This document shows positions 9,058 to 18,583 of a stretch of 64,000 nucleotides of DNA, piece by piece (within the stretch, counting starts at the first letter, position 1; each line of letters opens with the position of its first letter). The DNA is from an uncultured Acidobacteriota bacterium (GTDB lineage: Bacteria > Acidobacteriota > Thermoanaerobaculia > Gp7-AA8): the NCBI GenBank assembly GCA_963741955.1, contig CAVUKB010000010.1:128001-192000 (forward strand), in the 5' to 3' direction. A program made the position numbers and the translations under genes. Under the pieces are notes generated by a model, which was not told where the DNA came from, did not search any database, and saw only the letters and a list, made by a program, of their open reading frames with translations.

Positions 9058-10241
9058 GCACGACCTGGAATCAGATCGAGGCGGCTCTTCCCCGCGGATT
9101 CCAGCCGAACGCGCTCGATCAGGCGCTGGAGGAAGAGGTCCGCGCGGCTGCAAAGGGTGATTCGGACGCCTTCGGCCGGATCGTCTCCGCCTCGAGCCGT
9201 ATGGTCTGCAGCATCGCTCTCGCGATCGTCCGTGATCTCCACGCCAGCGAAGACGTGGCACAGGAAGTCTACGCGATGGCGTGGAGGGACGTCGGCAAGC
9301 TCCGGAACCCTCAGAGCTTCCTCCCCTGGCTTCGTCAGATGACCCGGAATCGTGCGCACTCGTATCTGCGGGATCAGGTGTCGCGACACGCGCCGCTCTC
9401 CGACGAAGCGGCGGAGGGACACCCGGATCCGCGCGCAGGTGCCGAGGTTCGCCTCATTCGCAAGGAGGAAATGCGCCTCCTCGACGAGGTGATCGACTCG
9501 CTTCCGGACGACGCTCGTGAAGTCGTGACCCTCTACTACCGCGAGGGGGAGTCGATCCGTCAGGTGGCCGCGCTGCTCGGGCTCCGCGAGGACGCCGTGC
9601 GTCAACGTCTCTCTCGCGCTCGGGCTCTCATCCGTGAGGAGGTTCTCCGGAAGAGCGGCCGCGTCCTGGCGAAGACGGCGACCGGTGCGGCATTCACGAC
9701 CGTGGTCCTCGCCGCGCTGACCACCACCGCGCCGGCTGCCACGGCGGCGACCGGGGCCGCGGCCGCGTCGGCGCTCAAGGGAGCGTCGCTTCTGGTGAAG
9801 TTTCTCGCGGCACTCGGTTCCGCCTCGCTCGGGATCGTCCTCGGAGTGGGAGCCGTTCTCTTCGACGTGAGGAAGGAATACGCGCACGCGATCGACGCGC
9901 GGGAGCGTCGTGCCGTCGTGCGATTCGGCTTACTGAGCTCCGGAACGATGGTTCTCGTCGTGATCGGATTCACGATGGCAGGTCTATGGAAAAGTCTGAC
10001 CCTTCTGATGCTGACCCAGAGCTTCTTCATCATCGTCATGGCGTGGCTCTACCGGGTGCGCCTTCCGGCCCTCCGTGCGCGTCGCCTCGCGGAAGAAGCG
10101 GCGGCCGATCCGGCCCGCGGCAGACGGGCCCGGCGCCGCGATGTTCTCTGCAGCGTGCTCGGATTCTGGGGTGGATTGATCGTCTCGACCGCGACCGTGG
10201 TCTGGGTGGCATTCTCGAGCGGGATGGCTCATCTCCCATGA
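9054..10241 (+). CDS. ECF sigma-70 factor fused to an Ala-rich linker and a C-terminal multi-pass membrane domain
   Basis: Region 2 (GDSDAFGRIV, SEDVAQEV, FLPWLRQMTRN), region 4 (LPDDAREVVTLYYREGESIRQVAALLG..VRQRLSRAR), then about four hydrophobic segments. Confidence 0.88.
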   Translation: MSTTWNQIEAALPRGFQPNALDQALEEEVRAAAKGDSDAFGRIVSASSRMVCSIALAIVRDLHASEDVAQEVYAMAWRDVGKLRNPQSFLPWLRQMTRNRAHSYLRDQVSRHAPLSDEAAEGHPDPRAGAEVRLIRKEEMRLLDEVIDSLPDDAREVVTLYYREGESIRQVAALLGLREDAVRQRLSRARALIREEVLRKSGRVLAKTATGAAFTTVVLAALTTTAPAATAATGAAAASALKGASLLVKFLAALGSASLGIVLGVGAVLFDVRKEYAHAIDARERRAVVRFGLLSSGTMVLVVIGFTMAGLWKSLTLLMLTQSFFIIVMAWLYRVRLPALRARRLAEEAAADPARGRRARRRDVLCSVLGFWGGLIVSTATVVWVAFSSGMAHLP

Positions 10242-10563
10242 GCGGGGTACAGCGAATCGGGCCGGTTGAAAGAGAAGCAAAGACCTGACCCTGATGGCCT
10301 TTGGGATTGCGGCAAGCACACAGGCGATCTAACACAACATGTCACGCTCATAACGCCGCAATAGAACGCGGTGTGGTTCTTCGCGGTGACCTCGATCTCG
10401 ACGCATCGCTGGCATGGAGCGATGTGCCGAGTCGAGGCGCGGCGGATCGCAATCGTACCGGACGATGCGGCGCCTCGGCAGCGCGGCGTTCGACCGGGGT
10501 CTGGCTGCGACCCCTTCCGGCTCGCCCGCCTTGCCTTTCGCGCGATGCGCTCTGAGGGTGTCC

Positions 10564-11478
10564 TCATTCCAGCCCGTGCGATGAAGCGGCGAGCTCGGGA
10601 GGCTTTCGCCGGGCGGCGCGCTGCATCAGCGCGACGCCTGCGAGCACCGTCACTCCTCCGACAATCGTTGAGGGAGGGACGGGCTCGTGGAGAAGAGCGA
10701 CCGCCGCGGCGAGCGTCACCAGCGGCTCGAGATAGAGGAACGCCGCCACCTGCGAGGCCTCGACCTTCTCCAGCGCGCCGTACCAGAAGAAGTAGCCCAG
10801 GCCCGAACAGGCGACGCCGAGAAAGAGAAGTGCTCCCCAGCCGCCGGGTGAGAGGTGGCCGATCTCGAGCCAGCCTCTCTTCGCCACGAAGAAGGGAGCG
10901 AGCATCAGCCAACCGAGGAGCATCGAGCCGGCGGTTGCCTCGAGCGCGCCGAGGCGCCGGAGAATCGAGCGTGATGCGACGGTGTAGACCGCCCAGTTGA
11001 TCGTGCTCGCCAGGATCAGGAAATCGCCGCGGGTGGAGGGAAGGGGAAGCGCGAGGACGCGCAGGTCTCCACGGGTGATTACCAGGAGGGCGCCCGCCAG
11101 TCCGAAAACCAGTCCCGCCGATTTCATCGCGCCGAACCGTTCATGGAGGAAGATCGCAGCGAGAATCGCCGACCAGATCGGGATCAGTCCGATCAGCCAT
11201 CCGGTCTTGACTGCCGTCGTCATGGTCAGAGCCCACGCCTGCATCATCTGATGGACGAAGACGCCGATGAAGCCCATCAGCGCGAGGTGCGCCCAGGTCG
11301 CCGGCGGCGGGATCAGTCGCTCGCGTCGCGCGAGAAGGATCCCGTGAAGCAGCGCGGTGCCGAGCGCGAAACGGATGAAGATCAGACTGACCGGCGAGAT
11401 CTCGCGCAGCACCGATTTGGTGGCGACGAACGAGATACCCCAGAAGACGATGGCGGCGAGTGCTGCGAGTCGCGGCAT
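10564..11478 (-). CDS. DMT/EamA family transporter
   Basis: 304 aa, about 10 TM segments, FWGISFVATK, RFALG, LHER and LEPLV...LLHEP repeats. Confidence 0.92.
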   Translation of the reverse strand: MPRLAALAAIVFWGISFVATKSVLREISPVSLIFIRFALGTALLHGILLARRERLIPPPATWAHLALMGFIGVFVHQMMQAWALTMTTAVKTGWLIGLIPIWSAILAAIFLHERFGAMKSAGLVFGLAGALLVITRGDLRVLALPLPSTRGDFLILASTINWAVYTVASRSILRRLGALEATAGSMLLGWLMLAPFFVAKRGWLEIGHLSPGGWGALLFLGVACSGLGYFFWYGALEKVEASQVAAFLYLEPLVTLAAAVALLHEPVPPSTIVGGVTVLAGVALMQRAARRKPPELAASSHGLE

Positions 11479-11629
11479 GGGATGTCCGGTCGAGCCGGAA
11501 TTCAGTTCTCAGGATGAAGAATTCGTATCGAGAAAGAAGCGCAATATTGCATCCTATTTTATGGGAATATTTTCAGGACGGCCACCCGTCGCCGACGGAG
11601 CCGTGGTCTCACTCTTCTCCATTCTCCTC

Positions 11630-12274
11630 TCACAGCCCGGCCTTCGGTGATGGCGCCAGTGCGACGTATACCAGGAGGACCATGAAATGGCAGAGGCTTC
11701 CTCCGATGACGAAGAGGTGCCACACGCCGTGGCTGTAGCGCACCTTCTTCGACATGGCGAAGAAGACGATTCCCACGGTGTAGACGATGCCGCCGGCCAC
11801 GAGCCAGGTGATCGCCGTTGGAGGAAGAGCTTTGGTGAGCGGACGGAATGCGAACACGATCAGCCATCCCATCAGGACGTAGAGAACCACGGAGAGCGCC
11901 CGGAGACGGTGCGGATATACCGAGTCCTTCACGATCCCGATAATGGCGAGTGTCCAGATTGCGCCGAACAGCCACCACCCCGTTTTTCCGCGGAGTGTCA
12001 CCAGAGTCAGCGGGGTGTAGGTACCGGCGATCAAGAGATAGATCGCGCAGTGGTCGAAGATGCGGAAGACCTGTTTGGCCCGGCCGCGGAACGAATGATA
12101 GAGAGCGGAGCTGAGGTAGGCGAGGGTCATCAGCGCGCCGTAGATCGCGAATGCAGTGACGGTCCAGGCGTCGCCCCGCAACGCCGCGGCGGTGACCGCG
12201 ACGCTCGTCCCGATGACCGCGAGCTCTGCCCCGACCACGTGGGTGATGCTGTTGAAACGCTCTCCTTCGTACAT
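11630..12274 (-). CDS. Hemolysin III / PAQR family membrane protein (YqfA/TrhA-like)
   Basis: GERFNSITH, SSALYH, FDHCAIYLLIAGTYTP, HGVWHLFV motifs. Confidence 0.93.
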   Translation of the reverse strand: MYEGERFNSITHVVGAELAVIGTSVAVTAAALRGDAWTVTAFAIYGALMTLAYLSSALYHSFRGRAKQVFRIFDHCAIYLLIAGTYTPLTLVTLRGKTGWWLFGAIWTLAIIGIVKDSVYPHRLRALSVVLYVLMGWLIVFAFRPLTKALPPTAITWLVAGGIVYTVGIVFFAMSKKVRYSHGVWHLFVIGGSLCHFMVLLVYVALAPSPKAGL

Positions 12275-12275
12275 C

Positions 12276-12776
12276 TCAGCTCTGAGGTCCGGACGGTTCG
12301 TCCGCGCTCGTCCCGTAGATCGCGGGAAGCGGCACATCCAGGATACGGAGGTAGACCGTCAGCTGTCCCCGATGATGGATGGAGTGATTCATCAGAACGT
12401 TGCGGATGAAGACGAGGTTCGGGAACGAGCGAACCTCCTGCTCGCCGCGGCGGAACGAGAAAGACGCCCGGGTCCATTCGTCGTCCTTCCCCTTCAGGAA
12501 TGCGCGAAGGTGGTCGAGATTCTCGCGAAACGCTTCGACCAGGTCGCCCGGGGGGACGGGCTGAGGTCTTGCGGCGGTGAGATCGAAGGAGCCCTCCTCG
12601 AGGAGGCGGCTGGCGCGCAGCGGGATATTCGCGAGATGCGTGCCGAGCTCGCCGAGAGTCATCGACTTCGCGTGTGGGCGCCACTCCCGCTTTTCGAGCG
12701 GGACGCGCTCGAGGACTCTCACCGTATTTGCTCCTTCGAATTCGAGCTCGCTCAGGATCGTCTCCAGGATTGCCAT
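12276..12776 (-). CDS. DinB/YfiT family protein
   Basis: C-terminal part of the 12276..14165 ORF: WRPHAKSMTLGELGTHL...NHSIHHRGQLTVYLRILDVPLPAIYG; GGGGAG RBS before MAILE. Confidence 0.9.
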   Translation of the reverse strand: MAILETILSELEFEGANTVRVLERVPLEKREWRPHAKSMTLGELGTHLANIPLRASRLLEEGSFDLTAARPQPVPPGDLVEAFRENLDHLRAFLKGKDDEWTRASFSFRRGEQEVRSFPNLVFIRNVLMNHSIHHRGQLTVYLRILDVPLPAIYGTSADEPSGPQS

Positions 12777-12917
12777 TTCCATCTCCCCGTCGCCTTGCCG
12801 CGAGCATGATAGCCCGAATTCCGGTGATGGATTCCAGTGGGATACTCTCCTCGCCGGCGCACGCCCGGCCATAATTCGCGAGGCCTGAAGCGTCGCGCCT
12901 TTGATAGACTCGCCGGC

Positions 12918-13985
12918 ATGGACGAGAAGACGTCGTATCGAGAAGCAGGGGTCGACATCGATGCCCAGGACGAGGCGCTGCGTGAGGTCCGCCGGGTGAT
13001 CCGCGACACGTACAAAGAGAACGTGTTGTCGGAGCTCGGATCGTTCGGTGGTCTCTACCGCGCCGACTTCGGAACGGCGGAGAAACCGATCCTGGTCTCG
13101 TCCACGGATGGAGTCGGGACCAAGCTCGCAGTGGCGCATGCGATGAACGTGCACGACACGGTCGGTTACGATCTGGTCTGTCACTGCGTGAACGACATCC
13201 TGGTTCAGGGAGCCAAGCCGCTCTTCTTTCTCGACTACTTCGCGACGGGACGGCTCCGGCCGGCGGTCATGGTCGACGTGGTCCGCGGGATGGCCCGGGC
13301 CTGCCGTGAGAACGGCGCCGCGCTGATCGGCGGCGAGACGGCCGAGATGCCGGGCTTCTATCCGGAGGGGACGTACGACATCGCCGGGTTCATCGTCGGG
13401 GTGGTGGACGAGAAGAACCTCATCGACGGAAAAAAGGTGCGGCAGGGAGACGTGATCCTCGGGCTCCCTTCGGCAGGTCTTCACACCAACGGGTACTCTC
13501 TCGCGCGGCAGATTCTCATCGACCGGCTCGGACACGACTACCAGACGATCGTCCCGGAGATCGGCGGAAAAGTGGGCGAAGTCCTCCTGGCGCCGCACCT
13601 GTCGTATCTCTCGCCGCTCCTGCCGCTGGTGGAGGAACAGACCATCCACGCGCTCGCGCACATCACCGGAGGGGGACTCACCGACAACGTCCCGCGCGTG
13701 TTGCCGGACGACTGCAATGCGCGGATCAAAGCCGGCTCGTGGGACGTCCCTCCGCTGTTCCGCTATCTCTTCGAGAAGGGGAACGTCGAGATCGAAGAGA
13801 TGTTCCGGGTGTTCAACATGGGGATCGGAATGGTGATGATCCTGGATCCGGAGAAAGTTTCCGGGGTGATCCGGCGCCTCGACAGCCTGAGGCAGAAGTA
13901 CTACTTCATCGGGAACGTGGTGAAGGGGAACGGCGTGGTGGAGTACGACTTTCCACCGGCCGGTTTCGCCAGTTGGATCCAGTAG
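12918..13985 (+). CDS. purM: Phosphoribosylformylglycinamidine cyclo-ligase (AIR synthase)
   Basis: SYREAGVDI, TDGVGTK, GGETAEMPG, GLHTNGYSL, HITGGG, FNMGIG. Confidence 0.97.
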   Translation: MDEKTSYREAGVDIDAQDEALREVRRVIRDTYKENVLSELGSFGGLYRADFGTAEKPILVSSTDGVGTKLAVAHAMNVHDTVGYDLVCHCVNDILVQGAKPLFFLDYFATGRLRPAVMVDVVRGMARACRENGAALIGGETAEMPGFYPEGTYDIAGFIVGVVDEKNLIDGKKVRQGDVILGLPSAGLHTNGYSLARQILIDRLGHDYQTIVPEIGGKVGEVLLAPHLSYLSPLLPLVEEQTIHALAHITGGGLTDNVPRVLPDDCNARIKAGSWDVPPLFRYLFEKGNVEIEEMFRVFNMGIGMVMILDPEKVSGVIRRLDSLRQKYYFIGNVVKGNGVVEYDFPPAGFASWIQ

Positions 13986-13988
13986 GCC

Positions 13989-14591
13989 ATGAAACGTCTC
14001 GCAGTTCTCCTCTCCGGCCGCGGCTCGAACTTTCTCGCCATTCAGAAGGCGATTGCCGAACGCCGCATCGACGCCGAGATCGCAGCCGTGATCTCCAACG
14101 TTCATGAGGCACCGGGATTGGTGAAGGCACGCGAGCTCGGTTTGCCCTCGTGGGAGGTCGATCATCGCAGCTATGCGTCACGGGAGGACCACGAGAACGC
14201 GGTGCTTGCGATCCTCCACCGCGAGAACGTCGATCTGATCGCTCTCGCCGGTTACATGCGTCTGCTCAGCGAGAAGTTCGTTCGCGAGTTCCGGAACCGG
14301 ATTCTGAATATCCATCCCTCCCTCCTTCCGTCTTTTCCGGGGACGAATGCACAGAAACAGGCGTTCGAGTATGGAGTGAAGATCTCCGGCTGTACGGTTC
14401 ACTTCGTCGATGAGACTCTGGATGGAGGACCAATCCTCGTTCAGCGCGCAGTCCCGCTGCTCGACGTTGACACCACCGAGACGGCCGCGGCGAGGATTCT
14501 CGCGGAGGAGCACGAGGCGTACGTGGAAGCTCTGGCGAAGATCTGCAGCCGGGAGTTCCGGATCGAAGGACGCCGGGTCACCTTCCGGTGA
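13989..14591 (+). CDS. purN: Phosphoribosylglycinamide formyltransferase
   Basis: SGRGSN, LAGYMR, NIHPSLLP, GCTVHFVD, EHEAY. Confidence 0.97.
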   Translation: MKRLAVLLSGRGSNFLAIQKAIAERRIDAEIAAVISNVHEAPGLVKARELGLPSWEVDHRSYASREDHENAVLAILHRENVDLIALAGYMRLLSEKFVREFRNRILNIHPSLLPSFPGTNAQKQAFEYGVKISGCTVHFVDETLDGGPILVQRAVPLLDVDTTETAAARILAEEHEAYVEALAKICSREFRIEGRRVTFR

Positions 14592-14630
14592 GAGCTGGTT
14601 TCTGTCGTGAAGAGGAGTGCTGACGGATCG

Positions 14631-16277
14631 TCAGGCATTCTTTCCGATCACCAGGACCGTCAGATCGTCCGCGACCGGGCGCTCACCGATGAAACGCATC
14701 ACCGCCAGTTCGATCTGCTCGACGATCTCCTCCGCCCGCTCGCCATGCAGGGCCGACAGGACTTCTGCGAATCGGGAATCGCCGAACTCGGCGCCGGAGG
14801 CATCGTCCGCCTCGCTCACTCCGTCCGTGAACAGAACCAGCGCGTCACCCTTCTCCAGGGTCAGTTCTGCAGTCTGATAGCCGGGATCGGGAAACATTCC
14901 CAGAAGAAGGTGTGCGTCGGAAACGATCCGGGGTTCGCCGGCGTGGAGCCAGTAAGGCGGCGTATGGCCGGCATTGGTGTATTCGACCCGACCACTTTCC
15001 GGATGGAGCCGGCCGGCAAATAGAGTGATGAACCTCGCCTGAGGCATATTCTCCCGAAGCGCGGAGTTCAGGCGGGCCACCAGTTCGCCTGGCGCGGGAT
15101 CCGACCCGGCGAAGATGCGGAAGGAAGCCTGAAGACAGGCCATCAGGAGCGCGGCCGTGACTCCCTTCCCGCTCACGTCGGCGATCACGAAGTAGATCGA
15201 GCCGTCGGGACGCACGATGAAGTCGTAGTAATCGCCACTGACGGTGCGGCACGGCCGGTTGACACCTTCGAAGCTGTACCCGTCGATCGCTGGAGGAGTC
15301 TCGGGGAGAAGCCTCTTCTGAATGATGTACGCGGTCTTGAGCTCCTCGTCGAGAATCCTCTTCTGAATCGCCGCCTCACGGAGCCGGGTGTTCTCCACTT
15401 TCACTGCCGCGATCCGGGCGATCTGCCCGAGAAGACGGACGTCGTCCTCGGAGAGACTCTTCTGGGTGAAGAGGTAGTCGACGTACAGCACTCCCATCAC
15501 GGAGTCGCCCGCGAGGAGGGGAGCGCAGATCACCGAGTGAATCCCCTGCATGATGATCGAATGCGCGCGGCTGAGCTTCTCGTCGACCGACACATCGACG
15601 AACGCGAGCGCCTTCTTCTCTTCCACCACCTCGGCGAGGAGAGTCTTGCTGATCGCCAGATCGCTGGTGTCGTCGGGATCCTTCCGGCGGACTTCGACAT
15701 TGCTGAACGATCTCCCGTCGTCGGCCAGAATACCGATCGCCGCACGGGACGGGTGGAGGTGTTCCATCATCCGATCGAGGATGAAACCGAACAGCTGGTC
15801 GAGCGGCTGCTCTTCGATCAGTTCCATCGCCATCGAGTTGAGGATGCGGAAACGCCCCAGGTCGATGTCGACTTCCTGTTCGGCGGTGATGTCGGAGAAG
15901 GGAATGGCGATGGTCGGCCGGGTTCGGGACTCCGGAATGGCCAGGAAGCGATCCGTGGTCTGGTCGAACAGAAAGAGGATCTCGGTATCCCCGAGCCGTA
16001 CTCGATCACCCGAGCGGAGGCGGGAGAGTCCTTCGATCCGCGTCCCGTTGACGAACGTTCCGTTCGCGCTTCCGCAGTCGCGCAGAACCCAGGAGCCTTC
16101 TTCGTGCAGAAACTCCGCGTGGCGCCGCGAGAGATAGCGGTCGCGGATGGGGACGGTGCAGTCGGGCGAGCGGCCGACGGTGGCCAGAGCCTCCATCAGG
16201 ACGTACTTCGTCGGAGGGAGCATCGGCGAGAAAACAGTAATCTCGGCGCGATGCCTCGGCAGAAGCTCTTCCATCAT
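14631..16277 (-). CDS. FHA-GAF-SpoIIE (PP2C) Ser/Thr phosphatase
   Basis: FHA (VGRSPDC..SRRHA..DCGSANGTFVNG), GAF (IHSVICAPL..GVLYVD), PP2C (SGDYYD, ADVSGKG, NAGH, FTDGV, DDLT). Confidence 0.93.
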   Translation of the reverse strand: MMEELLPRHRAEITVFSPMLPPTKYVLMEALATVGRSPDCTVPIRDRYLSRRHAEFLHEEGSWVLRDCGSANGTFVNGTRIEGLSRLRSGDRVRLGDTEILFLFDQTTDRFLAIPESRTRPTIAIPFSDITAEQEVDIDLGRFRILNSMAMELIEEQPLDQLFGFILDRMMEHLHPSRAAIGILADDGRSFSNVEVRRKDPDDTSDLAISKTLLAEVVEEKKALAFVDVSVDEKLSRAHSIIMQGIHSVICAPLLAGDSVMGVLYVDYLFTQKSLSEDDVRLLGQIARIAAVKVENTRLREAAIQKRILDEELKTAYIIQKRLLPETPPAIDGYSFEGVNRPCRTVSGDYYDFIVRPDGSIYFVIADVSGKGVTAALLMACLQASFRIFAGSDPAPGELVARLNSALRENMPQARFITLFAGRLHPESGRVEYTNAGHTPPYWLHAGEPRIVSDAHLLLGMFPDPGYQTAELTLEKGDALVLFTDGVSEADDASGAEFGDSRFAEVLSALHGERAEEIVEQIELAVMRFIGERPVADDLTVLVIGKNA

Positions 16278-16420
16278 CGTCGGAATGTGTCCCAGCTCGT
16301 TGTTTCATGACAGACTACACCAGGAGGCCGCGCGGCAGAAGCAGACGTCGCGAGGACGTGGATCTGGGGTCGTCCCGCCATCGGGACGGGGAGCATCACC
16401 ATCAGGAGCGGCGGAGAAAG

Positions 16421-17143
16421 ATGTCGAACGACGAAGAGGTCGACCAGGGCCGCGATAAGGGTCCCGACGGAGGGACGGACGACTCGTCGCTGCCGGCTGA
16501 CGAGGGCGAATACTTCCTCGACATCGAGTCCCACTTCGCTGAACGCCGCGGCACGCCGTTCATCTTTTCGGCCAAAGATTGGGCCCTGATGAAGAGCTGG
16601 AAAGCGGAGGGCGTTCCGGTCGCCATCGTTCTCGAAGCAATCGATCACTGTTTCGAGAAGCGACGCGAAGGGGGGCGGCGGCGGACCGTCTCCAGTCTTT
16701 CGTACTGCCGCCATGCGGTGCACGAGCTGTGGGATCAGAGAAAAGAGCTCTACGTAGGTGATTCGCCCTCGATTCCGGAAGAGGATCCCTCCATTCCGCT
16801 CGGGCGACTCGCGGAGCGGGTGGCCGAGCGCGCTGGCGCATTCGAAGAAGGTCCGATCCGCGATCATCTGAATAGAGCTGCGGACGAGATCCGGACCCTC
16901 GCGAAAGGGAAGAGCGTTCCACAGATCGAGGAGGCTCTGCTTCGGATCGAGGACGAGCTGATCACGCGAATCGGTGCCCAGCTTCCGCCGGATCTCCTCT
17001 CCCGGATCGATGCTCAGATCGAGTCCGATCTCGCGCGCTACTCATCGATCGATCCGGTGGTTCTGCAGCGGACCCGTGCGGCGAACTTCAAGCGGCTCGT
17101 TCGACGGGAGCTCGAGCTCCCTACGCTATCGATTTTCGGCTGA
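16421..17143 (+). CDS. Hypothetical protein, possible DnaD/DnaB_2-like helical domain
   Basis: Plausible codon usage; GGAG upstream of ATG 16421; 'IESHFAERRG..SAKDWALMKSW..GVP..IVLEAID..SLSYC..V..LW' resembles DnaD-like domains (inference). Confidence 0.6.
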   Translation: MSNDEEVDQGRDKGPDGGTDDSSLPADEGEYFLDIESHFAERRGTPFIFSAKDWALMKSWKAEGVPVAIVLEAIDHCFEKRREGGRRRTVSSLSYCRHAVHELWDQRKELYVGDSPSIPEEDPSIPLGRLAERVAERAGAFEEGPIRDHLNRAADEIRTLAKGKSVPQIEEALLRIEDELITRIGAQLPPDLLSRIDAQIESDLARYSSIDPVVLQRTRAANFKRLVRRELELPTLSIFG

Positions 17144-18496
17144 AGGCCTGCCGGCGCCGATCGCATCGAGCACGCGTGCCGCTTCGGTTCCGCTCAAGGG
17201 CGCATCGGGATTGGCCGGGAGCGCTCGGAGCTGGATACCGCAGCCCTCGAGAACCCGTTCGGCGCGCTGCAGCTCATCCGGATCTCCGAGCCCCTCCTGA
17301 GCGCAGCGAGGAGCGCCTCCGAGAAGCATGGCGCGGGAGGAGATCCGGAGAAAATTGGCTGCCGTGACGGTCTGCTCCGGATATGCGCGGCGGGTCACGG
17401 GATCCACCCGGAAGATGCCGAGTGCCAACGCCCGAACGAACTCTTCGCGTCCTCCTTCTTCCGGAATGTCGATGGCGATCGGCGGCTCCGGAAGATTCCT
17501 CGCGAAGCGGACCGCGGAGACCTTCCAGTAGAGGAGGGTCGCGAGCTGTTCCCGCGTCAGCGCCTGGCTGTCGAGCGCTTCGTGGTACTGCGGCGGGAGG
17601 TTGGCTTCCATCCATCGAGCCTTCACCCGGCTGAGCTTTTGCGAGTAGTTGCGGTCGGGGTACCGGCGCTGGAGACGCTCGAGTCGCGCAATGGCGTCCT
17701 GGTATCGGCCTTGTCCGGCGGCGATGTCGGCCAGCGCCTCCTGGACCTCGGGCCGGTCCGTGTATCCCTGATTGAACAGCGGCTCGATCTCCTTTCGCGC
17801 CCGCTCGAAATCCTGCAGCACGATCAGTTGCTGTACCAGGAGCAGCCGGGCCGCACTCGATTCCTTTTCGACGTCGAGGGCTTGCTGGAGAAGCTTCACA
17901 GCCTCTCGCGGCTGCGTCTGCTGGTTCGCGGCAGTGACGAGCTGTTCGAAGTAATCCTTGCGAATTTCGCCGAAGCGATTCCGGATCGACGGAGGGGAGT
18001 CAGGAGAGGCGATCGACGCGTAGGTCTGCCACGCGGACGCGAGGTCGCCTCGCGCGAACGCGAGCTCGGCCCGGTACGCTGTGGCGGCGGTGTACCCCTG
18101 GACCCCGGCATCGGCGCGGTCGATGAGAGCCTGTGCGGGATCGAGATTACCGCGGACGATTGCTATCGCTGCCTCGGCGAGAAGAGCGGGTCCATATCCG
18201 GGCACACGCTTTTCGATTCTCTGGAGATCCTGCTCCGCGGCATCGAGCTGCCCCGAAGTGAACTCACTCCAGGCCTGATCGAAGCGCCGGCTCTCTCCGG
18301 TGTCGAGAACGGCTCCGGGATATCCGAGGCGCGGGTCCGGAAACCGCGCGATCGTCTCGGCCGTCTTTGGCGAGATCCTGACGGGAGGAGGGGGCGCCGT
18401 TGCACATGCGGTGACGAGCAGCGTCACGAGCGCGACAGCAAAACTGGTGCGAACGACACCGGTGCGTCGCGAGTCGGTCCGGATCAAGTGTCCCAT
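17126..18496 (-). CDS. TPR-repeat lipoprotein with a C-terminal SLH-like region
   Basis: Lipobox LVTAC; Ala-rich TPR-like repeats; LTREQLATLL and ALALGIF..PEQTVT SLH-like segments. Confidence 0.7.
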   Translation of the reverse strand: MGHLIRTDSRRTGVVRTSFAVALVTLLVTACATAPPPPVRISPKTAETIARFPDPRLGYPGAVLDTGESRRFDQAWSEFTSGQLDAAEQDLQRIEKRVPGYGPALLAEAAIAIVRGNLDPAQALIDRADAGVQGYTAATAYRAELAFARGDLASAWQTYASIASPDSPPSIRNRFGEIRKDYFEQLVTAANQQTQPREAVKLLQQALDVEKESSAARLLLVQQLIVLQDFERARKEIEPLFNQGYTDRPEVQEALADIAAGQGRYQDAIARLERLQRRYPDRNYSQKLSRVKARWMEANLPPQYHEALDSQALTREQLATLLYWKVSAVRFARNLPEPPIAIDIPEEGGREEFVRALALGIFRVDPVTRRAYPEQTVTAANFLRISSRAMLLGGAPRCAQEGLGDPDELQRAERVLEGCGIQLRALPANPDAPLSGTEAARVLDAIGAGRPSAENR

Positions 18497-18583
18497 CGAG
18501 CGAGATTCCTCCTGAGATCGGGATCAGCGGCGAGAAGTGGTGATGCACGCTCTGCGCCGCCGTCGCACCGTCTGCCGGTGACA

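Noticed and set aside
10325-10400. ATCTAAC as a possible integron attC inverse core
   Set aside because: No matching GTTRRRY at a suitable distance with a pairing stem, and no integrase or cassette array.
12777-14165. 629-aa ORF suggesting a large DinB fusion
   Set aside because: The upstream part is antisense to purM/purN; only the last 166 aa are DinB and have their own RBS.
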